64,000 nt of DNA, taken from Mayamaea pseudoterrestris. Its lineage: Eukaryota. A program made the translations under genes and the position numbers. This document shows positions 20,601-30,301 of the stretch, in pieces (the first letter of the stretch is position 1; each line of letters opens with the position of its first letter). The notes under the pieces were generated by a model. The model was not told the origin of the DNA. It ran no database searches and was given only the letters and a program-made list of their open reading frames with translations. Location: the NCBI GenBank assembly GCA_027923505.1, contig BROI01000005.1, positions 992,001-1,056,000 of the forward strand. Reading direction: 5' to 3'.

Positions 20601-21733
20601 TCAATGCGTCCGTAACTTGGAATTGTCAAAGCTGGCAAGGCTCGTAAACGAGGCGGAATTGGGACAGCAATTTTTCCGCCCGGGGGCAGCAAATCATTGA
20701 CAAAACCATTGACGCCAGAGAATATCCAGCCACAATCCTGCGACTCATCATGGTGCGTGTGCGGGAACCAATGCTGCAACAATCCACTACGCAAATAGTA
20801 TGTCAGGTAGTCGTTGAGTATGGAGAGCGCCTCGACCAGAACCGGCGCTTGCGACGCCAAGGTTGTAACTGTAGAGTTGGTATTAATACTGGTAGTTGTT
20901 GAGATTCGTCGCCGACGACGTTGCTTTAATGGTTGTTCTGCAGCAGTAAATAGTGTCAAGTCTGCAGTGTCGTCATGCATAAAAGGCTCCAAGTAAGTAT
21001 TCAATCGCCGAATGTACTTGGTCATGAGGGGATCTATAAAAGTTGCCAGTAAGGGGCAAACTTGCTGTTGAATTTCGTCTGCCATGTAACGGGCAATTTT
21101 ATACCGAAACAAGTCAATTAGCCTCGCTGATGTACTCCCTGTAAACTCCAAGTTGACTGCGACAGGTCCTGTTTGACATTGATGTGTGTAGATTGTGTCC
21201 GGTCGTGCAAAGGTAGTGGAGTGATTGTTGCTGTTGCGAATTGCCAGCGTCCAGTCAAGTGCTGCCATTGTCGCATCCACAGGCGGCACGACCTTCGCGT
21301 GTATATGTCCTCCCCAGCCTCCCGTCAAGTGGTACGATGCCGAGCAGGCTGCGACAATGTTGTTGATTTGTAAGTGAAAGAGACTTGAATGGTTGACGTT
21401 CGCAAAATCTCCATTGCCAAACGTAGCACTTGAATTCAAACCTTCCAGCACAAAGGCAGTGCATTGCATCCCACTAACATCCATTGTAACAAAACCCGAC
21501 TTGAACGACTGATCGGGTAAGTTGAGAACGAGACTCAAAAGCCAGCAGGCTAAGGCATCGTAGCGATGTGAATGATGCTGACATTCGTCGGGTAGCAGCA
21601 GCGGCAACAGCGTTTGGTCTTCGGCACGGACAGTGAAGAATGAATTTTCTTGTTTCTGGGCCCATATCGATCGCTGACGCTGCGAGAATATAATCAAGAC
21701 CCAAGTTGCATAAGCAGTTAGTTTAACTATCAT
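17609..21733 (-). CDS. Large membrane protein with C-terminal paraquat-inducible protein A (PqiA)-like domains
   Basis: SGIWPYTKL, LGKFSLVDAYV and AWSAIEVF motifs within multiple TM helices, preceded by a long N-terminal region; first ATG at 21733. Confidence 0.7.
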   Translation of the reverse strand: MIVKLTAYATWVLIIFSQRQRSIWAQKQENSFFTVRAEDQTLLPLLLPDECQHHSHRYDALACWLLSLVLNLPDQSFKSGFVTMDVSGMQCTAFVLEGLNSSATFGNGDFANVNHSSLFHLQINNIVAACSASYHLTGGWGGHIHAKVVPPVDATMAALDWTLAIRNSNNHSTTFARPDTIYTHQCQTGPVAVNLEFTGSTSARLIDLFRYKIARYMADEIQQQVCPLLATFIDPLMTKYIRRLNTYLEPFMHDDTADLTLFTAAEQPLKQRRRRRISTTTSINTNSTVTTLASQAPVLVEALSILNDYLTYYLRSGLLQHWFPHTHHDESQDCGWIFSGVNGFVNDLLPPGGKIAVPIPPRLRALPALTIPSYGRIEVVIQSMVLSGLDDWSHAALLQPTNNDDFTTRLSTLHNMLASFNLSANISSIGGMFQGDDLLEHFRLDVNASSLDAWLTMAIDLEPLAWQNLTIANFMGALEGIIIGEKSPQVSCILGAIAKLLATDLGIKVRLSGLTLTPSMRFHQGPLGGQFEGDLDDVLNNVLELVLRDYSLYARQALYGFTRRVAKQTLNDWLHRASTSDGSCHGPRANDKVLPRLANFSDFWPLTSLNNLLGESTTLKQLNGFIACTSNFLSRAVVETIKSSSVNDSLRINLQQFTIANTGSVRELKILAPMLDGIGLNSSIYFGAADMAIDSQPQILFSGDASYVPLGLVLSIKGRLAVSSFDCLVESVIQYDLARVQQIHVSDVLQHGQCLTLPTVSANVDRMRGQLGILTMLFDVNASMDQNGLFDSYAINFDSREYPWIAQAPASATDWIILTIWEMVKSASLHIQGTTNTQCGMSSPEWGDDGFDGVNVLGILMTILAFFILAQPTLLLIPRTSTKESLADRHVTLSASDDELLQPLLQGEPPDAVIDVPLDETRRLIDNPCVPFFAKIGVTVLIVSTTVLLVSSNLGVGATVDVYATINNQHLALPSVFAFGLINTARDMLKARIYPLFLLVVSLSGIWPYTKLIMLLYAWIAAPCTLSPRRRGRYLLALDGLGKFSLVDAYVMILFMVAFRYHATLYSNIALDVFVTPHFGFYGFLLATNLSLVVGHVLIYYHRRCELQSIPESDNKLDSLRLHEFQVDDLIRRLSAPFVSLLVACFLLVLALIAIGATTTSFVFDIGGLAGYAIEGSKRTEYSLISLGLSLRTSMQNPESLFIAALQGLYFFYTIIAPLGCLALLLILVLKPLTLKRRLFVMSLAEIANAWSAIEVFALSVFAAVMQTSTFAAFMVGDYCDFVDEILKDTLERDDATCYTVRTHVSKSAVILVVAALLNSVLVSVVLRLAHMAVDECILRSSGNRKTLLMIDRQGLNLVEWLATYFPWTVVDKE

Positions 21734-21963
21734 TACTGTATAGCGGAAGACTATAGACAAAATGAAAGCGCAGACGAATGATGCCAAAACGTTACGGTTT
21801 CGATGCAAATCAACGTCGCAAGGTAGTCGTAGCGGTACTGTATTTATTGATCCATTTTGACCGTGAACTCAACATCAATCATCTATCTACGGCTAAGTGA
21901 AAAAGTCGTTGCATATAGTAGTGGTGAATTGTAGTTTTGATCTGTTCTAAACTATTTTGCCAC

Positions 21964-22659
21964 TCAATTCACATGCAGAGTCAACGTTCTCGGCCTAGCA
22001 CACTTTCGAGGTTCCTTTGTTCCAGTCTCAAAACAAGACATTTCCTTCCAACTACTCGGAAGCATTTGAAGTCCGCTCGTTCGAGATTCCGCATAGAGGA
22101 CACCAAGTTCCGGCTCACACGTGGCAAGCACGTAGCTTCGGCGCTGCTGCTGATCCAGCGCTAGTACCTTGCATAAAATCAAGTCATTAGGTAGAAATGA
22201 TTCTTGCATTTGAACTTGCTCGGATGCTCCAGCGCGAATGTCTTCCTTTCGTATTGTTCCTTGCTGTATTTCGCCTAAAAGAATGGACTCACCAGTGACT
22301 GACGTTGTGGCAAGTATGTCGACAAATGCTTGCATCCGCGTGATGCGGGTGACGCGGCCAATAGCAACTTGGCCTACCGCTAGAAGTTGCAATGACGCAA
22401 TCGGCTTGGATGGTTGCACTAGAATGGTTGGGCCTTGATCCATGGTACCGGTAGCTGAATCAGTCGATGGCGATGGCAGAACATCCTGAGTCGGTAGCTG
22501 TTCGTCCCTGATTTGCAGCCGCCCCACGAGACTGGCGTATATGCCAGCTTTTACATAAGTTCCGCATCCACTCCTTGCCGTCCTGACGGTTGCTAGTCGG
22601 TCGCCAGGAACTACGATGCTGTCGATTTTGTAGCGAAGGCCTGGAATGGACGCCGCCAT
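21964..22659 (-). CDS. CSL4: Exosome cap subunit Csl4/EXOSC1
   Basis: VVPGDRL, G.GTY, S1 domain GTIRKEDIRA, SFLPNDLI, ELGV, GTKEPRKCA. Confidence 0.92.
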   Translation of the reverse strand: MAASIPGLRYKIDSIVVPGDRLATVRTARSGCGTYVKAGIYASLVGRLQIRDEQLPTQDVLPSPSTDSATGTMDQGPTILVQPSKPIASLQLLAVGQVAIGRVTRITRMQAFVDILATTSVTGESILLGEIQQGTIRKEDIRAGASEQVQMQESFLPNDLILCKVLALDQQQRRSYVLATCEPELGVLYAESRTSGLQMLPSSWKEMSCFETGTKEPRKCARPRTLTLHVN

Positions 22660-23136
22660 GGTGGAACGAATTTTGAATGGAGGTCGGCGCGCGTTGAGAA
22701 TTAATTATTACCGGTACGACAACTATTTAAAACGGTGCGACGTATAGCTGGTCTTGGTTTGTGTGGAAGCGCGACACTCGCACACCGCGAGCCCATCGTC
22801 GTGAAAGCACCAAGCAACTCTGCGATTGACCATCCGCTATTTATAGTATATACTGCACAAGCTTCATCTGGAACGAACTAAAGAGCAATTGAGTGCTATT
22901 TGAATTTAGCGGAAGCGAGCAAGCGAGCGAGCAAAACAGAAAGTGAGAAACGTCAGCGGCGTCGCGGCTTCGGACAGACAAATACACGTACACCGATACG
23001 GTCGTGGGGGTCGCTTACAGTAGCACTACACACAAAAACTATCCCAGCACAATCTCTCGTTTAGAGGCCGCAATGCTTGAACGAGGCTGCAGCAAGCCAT
23101 AGAAGAATAAAAAGCGTAGGACTGAAACGAAAGGAC

Positions 23137-25470
23137 ATGTCAACTGCAATGGTTCATGTTTCATCCTCTTCGATCGCGTCGTCCTCCCAGCAGGTGACTG
23201 CAGAATCCATAGGAGTGCAACCTGCAGCAAATCCGATGGCCCAATTGAGACTAAGCGATGAATCGAGTTACGTCCAGGAGGCGATGGACAAGCCTGTTAA
23301 TGCTGATAGCGCGCCCCAACAAGGTGTAGATGAATCTCATGCAATAGACTTGCTGGCAGCAGCGACAACACATTTTGCCGCGGATGAAACTTTGATTGAG
23401 CAGCTTTTGACCAAGAAACTACTCGAGATACTAACCGAAATGGCTGTCACGGGCGAGTGTAATTGGCTACCTTGGTCGACACCGGAAGACGCCACACGAC
23501 AGAATCATGCAGGGGCAAGGAATATCAACCAAGTCATGGCCGAACATATGCCGTCGCCACTACCTCGTTGTAAGTCGTCACCAACGACTGAATCATTGGA
23601 CGACGATGGCCGCAGTCAAGAATATGCGCGCCAGACTAATGGTGAACTTATCAGAAGCCGCAAACGTCCACGCGGCCCTGCTCATGCGATCGATGCAGGA
23701 AATGAACTCGCAGCGACGGGCTCATACGCGTTTCAATTTAACAACAGTTGTATCAGTAGTAGTACTGTTATAAAAGACCGCGAGTTCGACATGAACGAAC
23801 AAAATGTATCGGAGAGTACAGCTTTGTTTACGCAGGCCGACCAGGGTATTGACAATTACCATTTTCCGGGAAAGGACCGACCATACAAGACACCAAAGAA
23901 TTCAATGGAACCGTTTACCACCATGCCATTTTCGTCATTGTTACGAGAAGAGTTGGACTTTACATCATTGCAATCATGTACCTGCCAAAAAGAAGTGATC
24001 TACATCGCGCTGAGTGTCGTATTGGATCATTTTTACCAGCACCAAGGCTATAAGGCAAGTCCAACAGAAATGCGCCTATACTACGAGCAGCCGCTTGCTA
24101 GCGCGAATCAGCAAACACAAGAGAGGATGGCTACGGTGGAACCAGTAGATCTTGTGTCATTGCGGAGTGCTGATTCTTCCGAGCTTTTCGGAACAGTCAG
24201 AGGTAGTCAGCAACCTTCCGGCGATACAGTAGAGAAACATTTATACATGCAGCGTCGAGAGCGGCTGTTGAACATGTTAGGACCCCTCAATGGCCCGTCA
24301 GCTCAGACAAGTGCGCCATTTACGCTCCAGCGAATTGCCGAAGTTCTTCTTGCGCCGAAACGTTATTACACGCAGACACACAAACTCTGCAACTCTTTAG
24401 AAAAGCTTTTACTCGTCACAACGTCTGAAAGTGAATTTGGCGGGAGCACTGGTGGAGTTTGTGAACGCAGTATACAGGGCGGGTTGGAATCGGCTGCTTT
24501 GGCCGAGGAACAGGGACGATTAATTTACGAAGTCCGTCGTCAACGACTGCGAAGGCGAGCACCATCTTATTTAGACGCGGCAAATGATGCGTCCTTAAGC
24601 GGTGATTATACTTTAAATGAGGAGTCACATGACGACGTGACACATGGTGAGCTTCTTCACGACAGAGAGAGTGCAAGGGGCAATTTCTTGGAAGCTGCTG
24701 CCCGAGCGTCGCTTCGTACAAAGTTTGACCACGTTGGTGTTGATGCTCAATCAAGTGCTGCTGCTGGTCGCGCCATTGCCGAAACACGCGGAGTGAGTGG
24801 TTCACCACCGCCACCGAACTGTTCAGTCGTCGCTGGACTTGCTCATGTGCCTTTGCTTCGGCCAGGAGGCGACTCGGACCACTTACTCTCGCTTGGACAT
24901 GTTTCGTCGCCAATTCTGTTCAACCACCATGGCTCCTCGCAGTCGAATGTCTTACCATTGCAGGGAACAATCCACCCAAATGCCAGTCTGCAGCTGCTCC
25001 AACTTCACCATGCTGCTGCATTGGCAGGAGTATCTCCGTTTGAGCTTCTGAATTTGAACGTTGAGAGTCATTCCTTGGGCGCTGCTCCGACGCTATCATC
25101 CCTTGCCACTGTTGCGTTTGGAAAGGACATTGATGTTGAGAGTCGGTCCTCTTGCTCGTCTGACATTGCTTCTGATTCAGAGTCAGATGTTTCCTTTGAT
25201 GATTCGGCGTCAGATCGGAGCGATGGAAGTGATAGCGGCCACTCTGAACCCATTTCGGCTGCTCGTGCCGTGGCTCTGAGCCGGATGCAGCAACAGCAGC
25301 GTTTGCAGCAAAGTCGCATGTTGAATGCATATAATCTGAACAACGGTCCAAGCAGTCCAGCGCACCATGGTGAGAGCTACCGAACCGACTTGGACACTGA
25401 CGTTCAGTCTAGGGAAGGCGAAGGCAGAAACATTAGATCGCCGCCAGCGGATGAATTTGCAGGTTTATAA
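23137..25470 (+). CDS. PPP4R2: Protein phosphatase 4 regulatory subunit 2-like protein with long low-complexity extensions
   Basis: APFTLQRIAEVLLAPKRYYTQTHKLCNSLEKLL is the PPP4R2 core signature; start codon uncertain. Confidence 0.72.
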   Translation: MSTAMVHVSSSSIASSSQQVTAESIGVQPAANPMAQLRLSDESSYVQEAMDKPVNADSAPQQGVDESHAIDLLAAATTHFAADETLIEQLLTKKLLEILTEMAVTGECNWLPWSTPEDATRQNHAGARNINQVMAEHMPSPLPRCKSSPTTESLDDDGRSQEYARQTNGELIRSRKRPRGPAHAIDAGNELAATGSYAFQFNNSCISSSTVIKDREFDMNEQNVSESTALFTQADQGIDNYHFPGKDRPYKTPKNSMEPFTTMPFSSLLREELDFTSLQSCTCQKEVIYIALSVVLDHFYQHQGYKASPTEMRLYYEQPLASANQQTQERMATVEPVDLVSLRSADSSELFGTVRGSQQPSGDTVEKHLYMQRRERLLNMLGPLNGPSAQTSAPFTLQRIAEVLLAPKRYYTQTHKLCNSLEKLLLVTTSESEFGGSTGGVCERSIQGGLESAALAEEQGRLIYEVRRQRLRRRAPSYLDAANDASLSGDYTLNEESHDDVTHGELLHDRESARGNFLEAAARASLRTKFDHVGVDAQSSAAAGRAIAETRGVSGSPPPPNCSVVAGLAHVPLLRPGGDSDHLLSLGHVSSPILFNHHGSSQSNVLPLQGTIHPNASLQLLQLHHAAALAGVSPFELLNLNVESHSLGAAPTLSSLATVAFGKDIDVESRSSCSSDIASDSESDVSFDDSASDRSDGSDSGHSEPISAARAVALSRMQQQQRLQQSRMLNAYNLNNGPSSPAHHGESYRTDLDTDVQSREGEGRNIRSPPADEFAGL

Positions 25471-25712
25471 AGTGACAACTGGTGGTGCGTTTAAGAGGTA
25501 CAACTATAGTAGATCATTATAATTAAGTCAAGAGCTCTACCTTTCGCCTTTTTGGTTGTTCTGTCGTTGCGCCTGCCTCTTCTCGACCCTCGTCCCAGAG
25601 AATTGGGCGCCAAAAACTACCGTAGAATGCAAGTCCGTCTGGACGGCAGAATTAATTATTTGTTCAATCAGAATGTACGCATTCATCGACACAAGTACTC
25701 TCGGCCACAACT

Positions 25713-28393
25713 TTAGAGAAACTGACTTTTCGTAGCGGTGCTCCCCCAATTTTCGTTCTCAAACGTCTCCGTACCGTGGCCGGCAGCATCACTTTCTTCA
25801 TCATCAGTGTCGTCCATCAAACGAGAGCGCTGTGTGGACGCCTTCTTGCGTCCCTGCGTATTCGCGTGGGAAGCAACCATATTCTTCGCAGCAGGTGCGC
25901 GAGTGCGCTTTTTGGTCTGCTGGAAACCTGAATCGTCCATGTCGTCATCGTCAATTTCAATTACAGCGTCAGAGTCATTCTCGGAATCACTTTCAACCTT
26001 GTAGCTTCTCCGCTTTGCAGATGCTCCACGCGAGGGACGAGCGGCAGGCTTGCGACTGGTCGTCGTCTCCGTCTTGCACGACATTTGACTAGTCATGGAG
26101 GCGCGATTGTCCTTATCGCCATCTTCGTCAGAGCTAAGGCCAATCGTTTCCTTTACGCGCGAGCGCTTTTGCGACTGGCTGCTAATAGCTGTCTTGGATT
26201 TAGATGGCTTGGAAGCAGGCTGGAATTTCTTGGAACTAGGAAAAATTTCATCCTCGTCATTGATACCGTCCTTGTCATAGCTATTTTTTGTTTCCATCGA
26301 AACATCATTATCACCTTTAGTGTCTCCGCCTTTTGAATGACGCTGGGAGCGGGAAGCTGCCTTTTCTTGATCAACAGTCACTTTCATGTCCATTGTCTTG
26401 ACAAGTTCCTCGTCAAAAAAATCGCGAATCGCCGACCCCTTGACAGTCGCGTCCTGTCGGTCAAGTTTGGCGAGCAATAGCTTTTGTTTTTCGGCGATCA
26501 ACTTGTCTGTCGTTTCCTCGATAGTGGAACTGGCGCTCTTGTCCACATACTCAGCAAGTGACTCGGTCAATTTCGTTTTGTCCAGCATTTTCAGCGCCCG
26601 GTCGTGCTTGTCGTCATCACTAAAGTAATCCATCACCAAATCTTCCATGTGAATTCGCTCCAAATTGTCCGGATCAATGGGCGTTTTTAAAAAGTTCTGT
26701 CGATCCTTGGCCGAAATTTTACTATTGACAGACTTCACTTCTTTACGTCGATGGAAAAGTAATATATCATTGGCGTTGGCCACTTCTCCAACAAAGCGAG
26801 CCCCAAAGCGCTGGTTGTTGATCGTTGAAAAGCCAGAATGTTCGACGCGAATTCGAACAAGCACTTCGTTGGACTTTTCAATGCGGTTCTGCAAAGAAGA
26901 ATCTTCCTCCCCTGCATCGTTTCCAAGAGCCAACGCCTCAGCAATAACCTCCTCCGTCCGCTCATGCGCGTTCCGGACAGCAACCCTCACCTCCTTTTCC
27001 AACAGGGCGTTGATCTTGTCGTCAATTTTTGGGTCCTCGGGGTCAAGTTTGGCCTTGTGCTCTTGCAAGGAAAGGTCAGACGTGACAAACGACCGAACCT
27101 GCGTCAAAGGAATGGAATCCATGCGGTAGCGTCGACCCTTGACGTCCAAGATTCCAATGTGTTTGCGAACCGCCTCTCCAGCAACCAGACTAGTAGCCAC
27201 TGATGACCCAGGCTGCGTGATGCGGAACGTGCCTACAACTGATTCGGAGAAGGAGATCAGACATTCATGTTCATGCCCAAATACGACAATGTCCATCCAC
27301 TCTGGGATCATGGTTTCTTGGACACAATTCTTGGCGCCACGCCCAAAATCTCGGTTTTGATGTACCGCAAAGATGTTCAAAAAGCCAGAATCTTGTGCTT
27401 CCTCTTCGTCATCTTCTGCCTCGTCTTCTTCGGGGCGGAGAAATTGAACCTTTTTCGTCGCCCACATGCGGTTCAAACGCGCTTCGCGCATGGCGCCCAT
27501 GCCGTAAATAGCGAGTTTAGTTGAACCCTTTTCTATTAAAAGTGGAGATATTTCAATCTGGGGCAACATTTGGAAGCAGCATGGGAAGCAAGTGATTAGG
27601 CAAAGAATTGAAAACGCGCCGGTAAATAAGCTATGGCAATGGAACAAAACTCAACAGCCGTGACAGCCAGCAACCCAGTCGTACCTTATCTACATTATCT
27701 TGTCGTCCAAAGTAGTTGATAAAATTGCTGATTGATAATAAATCAAGGGCAGCCAGCATGTCCTTGCATCCAGGGTCGCGACTAGGATCATCATGGTTTC
27801 CATGAATCGAGAAAATGGGAAGATGCACTGCATAGTTTGGGTCCAAATAATTTACGCTTCCACTTTGAAAGTTCTTGGCGGGGTCACTGAGCATTCGAAT
27901 CTTTATTGGTTTGGGCCCCATGCAGTATCGTCGCATAATTTCCATCGTCTTGTACATGGTGTGACGAGTCGGACGGTTCTCGTGAAACAAATCACCGGCG
28001 ATTAAGACCTGGCAAGGGAATTGGTAACCGAAAACAAAAGGTGAGCGACAAACAAAGCGAAGAACAATTGCTATGAATTATCATTCATAATCTACCATAT
28101 CGCAGTTGAATTTCTGCGCCACGTAAAGAACTTCCTCGAATGCAGCAAACGAATCGTTGCCTGAAAATGATGAGAGCATAATGTTATTGTAACAAACAGG
28201 TTTACAATCCTCTAAAAAACCATGTTTCTCTATTCTCCTATAGCTTACCCCGGATAGGATCTCGCTCGGCATATCCTAAATGATTATCGGTAGAAATGAG
28301 GATCCGAATCGTGTCGTCACCGACGGAGAATCGTGGCATGGATCGAGCGGCGCGAGGCGACCTATGTTCTTCGTCTGAGGATGAGACAGGCAT
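25713..28393 (-). CDS. MRE11: Double-strand break repair nuclease MRE11, 4 exons (28393-28249, 28160-28096, 28008-27685, 27557-25713)
   Basis: STDNHLGY, GDLFHEN, HGNHDDP, HQNR, GHEHEC, TQPGSSVATSL, RFGARFVGEVAN; GT-AG introns keep the frame. Confidence 0.95.
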
Positions 28394-28763
28394 ATTGCGA
28401 AATGTATTTATGGAGTGATCTATGCGAAAGAAGGGGTATGTAGTCACTTGGATCACTGATTACGAGAAGGCTCCCACCATCATGGCAATGCGCGGAGCGA
28501 AAGACAAGATGAGCGGGTGCGTCGTCATTACCACTGCGATAAACAAAAATGGATCTTTGGGTCTTGCCAACGCAGCCCGCGTACTACTCTCTTGACCATA
28601 GTAGCATGCTTCTTTTCATGAATGAGGAGAGAGGCACAACGTCTCTTTCGTCGGTTTGCATTCATTCACAGCCGCCGCCTGCCTCTTGTTCATCATCATC
28701 ATCGCTGTAAGGATCAGACATCCCGATAATATACACAATTTTGAACCAAGCCAAGCATTGATC

Positions 28764-30018
28764 ATGTCAAAAGAACCGGATTACATTCCTGTCAACATTC
28801 TCGTCACTGGAGGAGCAGGTACGTGGTAGCGACAACTGTCCGATGCAGAATGTTCGTGCTCAGATCATTGGCTGCCGAGTAAAGTCTTTCCAGCTTCTCT
28901 TCATTACTGAAGGTCTGTTACTTTCAATCTTATTCTAAACGATCTGCAATATAATTTTCTTTTTACTTTGGTCGTTTTGCGCAGGATTCATCGCCTCCCA
29001 CGTGGCCATTCTTCTCTGCAAAAAGTACCCCAAGTACAACGTTGTGGTCTACGACAAGCTCGACTACTGCTCGTGCCTTGCCAATCTTGAAGAACTCTTT
29101 GATTTGCCCAACTTCAAGTTCATCAAGGGAGACATCTCATCGCCGGATCTCGTTAGCTACGTTTTGCGCGAGGAAAAGATTGATACGATTCTCCACTTTG
29201 CGGCGCAGACGCACGTGGACAACTCGTTTGGAAACTCGTTTGCTTTCACGGAAACTAACATTTACGGGACGCATGTTCTCTTGGAGTCGGCCAAGTGCTG
29301 CAAGACGCTCCGTCGCTTCGTTCATGTCAGTACGGATGAAGTCTACGGAGAAGGCGAGGACTTCGACACAGACCCCATGTCGGAGGAACACGTCTTGGAG
29401 CCGACCAACCCCTACGCGGCCACCAAGGCGGGAGCGGAGTTTCTCGTCAAGTCCTACTTTCGGAGCTTCAAGCTACCCTGCCTCATTACCAGAGGCAACA
29501 ATGTCTACGGGCCCCACCAGTTTCCGGAAAAACTCATTCCCAAGTTCACTAACCAGTTGATGCGGGGATTGCCAGTCACCTTGCATGGAGACGGCTCCAA
29601 CACGCGCAATTTTTTGTACGTCAAGGATGTTGCGACGGCATTTGACACTATTATGCACAAAGGAACGCCAGGCCATGTTTACAACATTGGAGGCAAGAAT
29701 GAGCTTCCCAATGTCGATGTCGCCCGCCAGTTGCTCAAGATCTTTGGTTACGACAAGGATGAGGAGAAATACCTCAAGTTTGTTCCGGACCGCCAGTTCA
29801 ACGACTTGCGATACACGATCAACTCAAACAAGCTTCACGAGTTGGGCTGGCAGGAGGAAATGCCGTGGGAGCAAGGACTCCAAGAAACGGTCGAGTGGTA
29901 CAGGCTTCATACCAGTCGCTACGGCAATATTGACGCAGCTTTGGTGGCGCACCCGCGCATGTTGAACACCGGCATCGACGAAAATGAAGTTCAAGACAAA
30001 ATTATGGGACCGAAATAA
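28764..30018 (+). CDS. NDP-glucose 4,6-dehydratase (RHM N-terminal/RmlB-like), 2 exons (intron 28819-28984)
   Basis: ILVTGGAG|FIASH Rossmann motif across the intron, HFAAQTHVDNSFGNS, STDEVYG, YAATK, NNVYGPHQFPEKLIPKF. Confidence 0.93.
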
Positions 30019-30301
30019 GTGGAGAAATGGACTGTGAGAGAGGTGGATGTGGAGACATGGATGAGCGAGCCAATGTGGCGGTTTCTGTCAGCTTAATTAA
30101 CGATTATGTCAAAACAAGTCTATGTGTTCATGTATAGATTTTACAATTGTATCTCACTGCACTTAGTAAAAGCCAGGGTTTTGCTTTGCCAGATACAGCA
30201 TATCTTGCGGTGCACCAAATCAATCGCTCGGCTACCAACATAAAAGCGCCAATTTATAACACGAAGTTGTTCAACTGCTTCTCTTTCAATTATTTCTCCC
30301 T

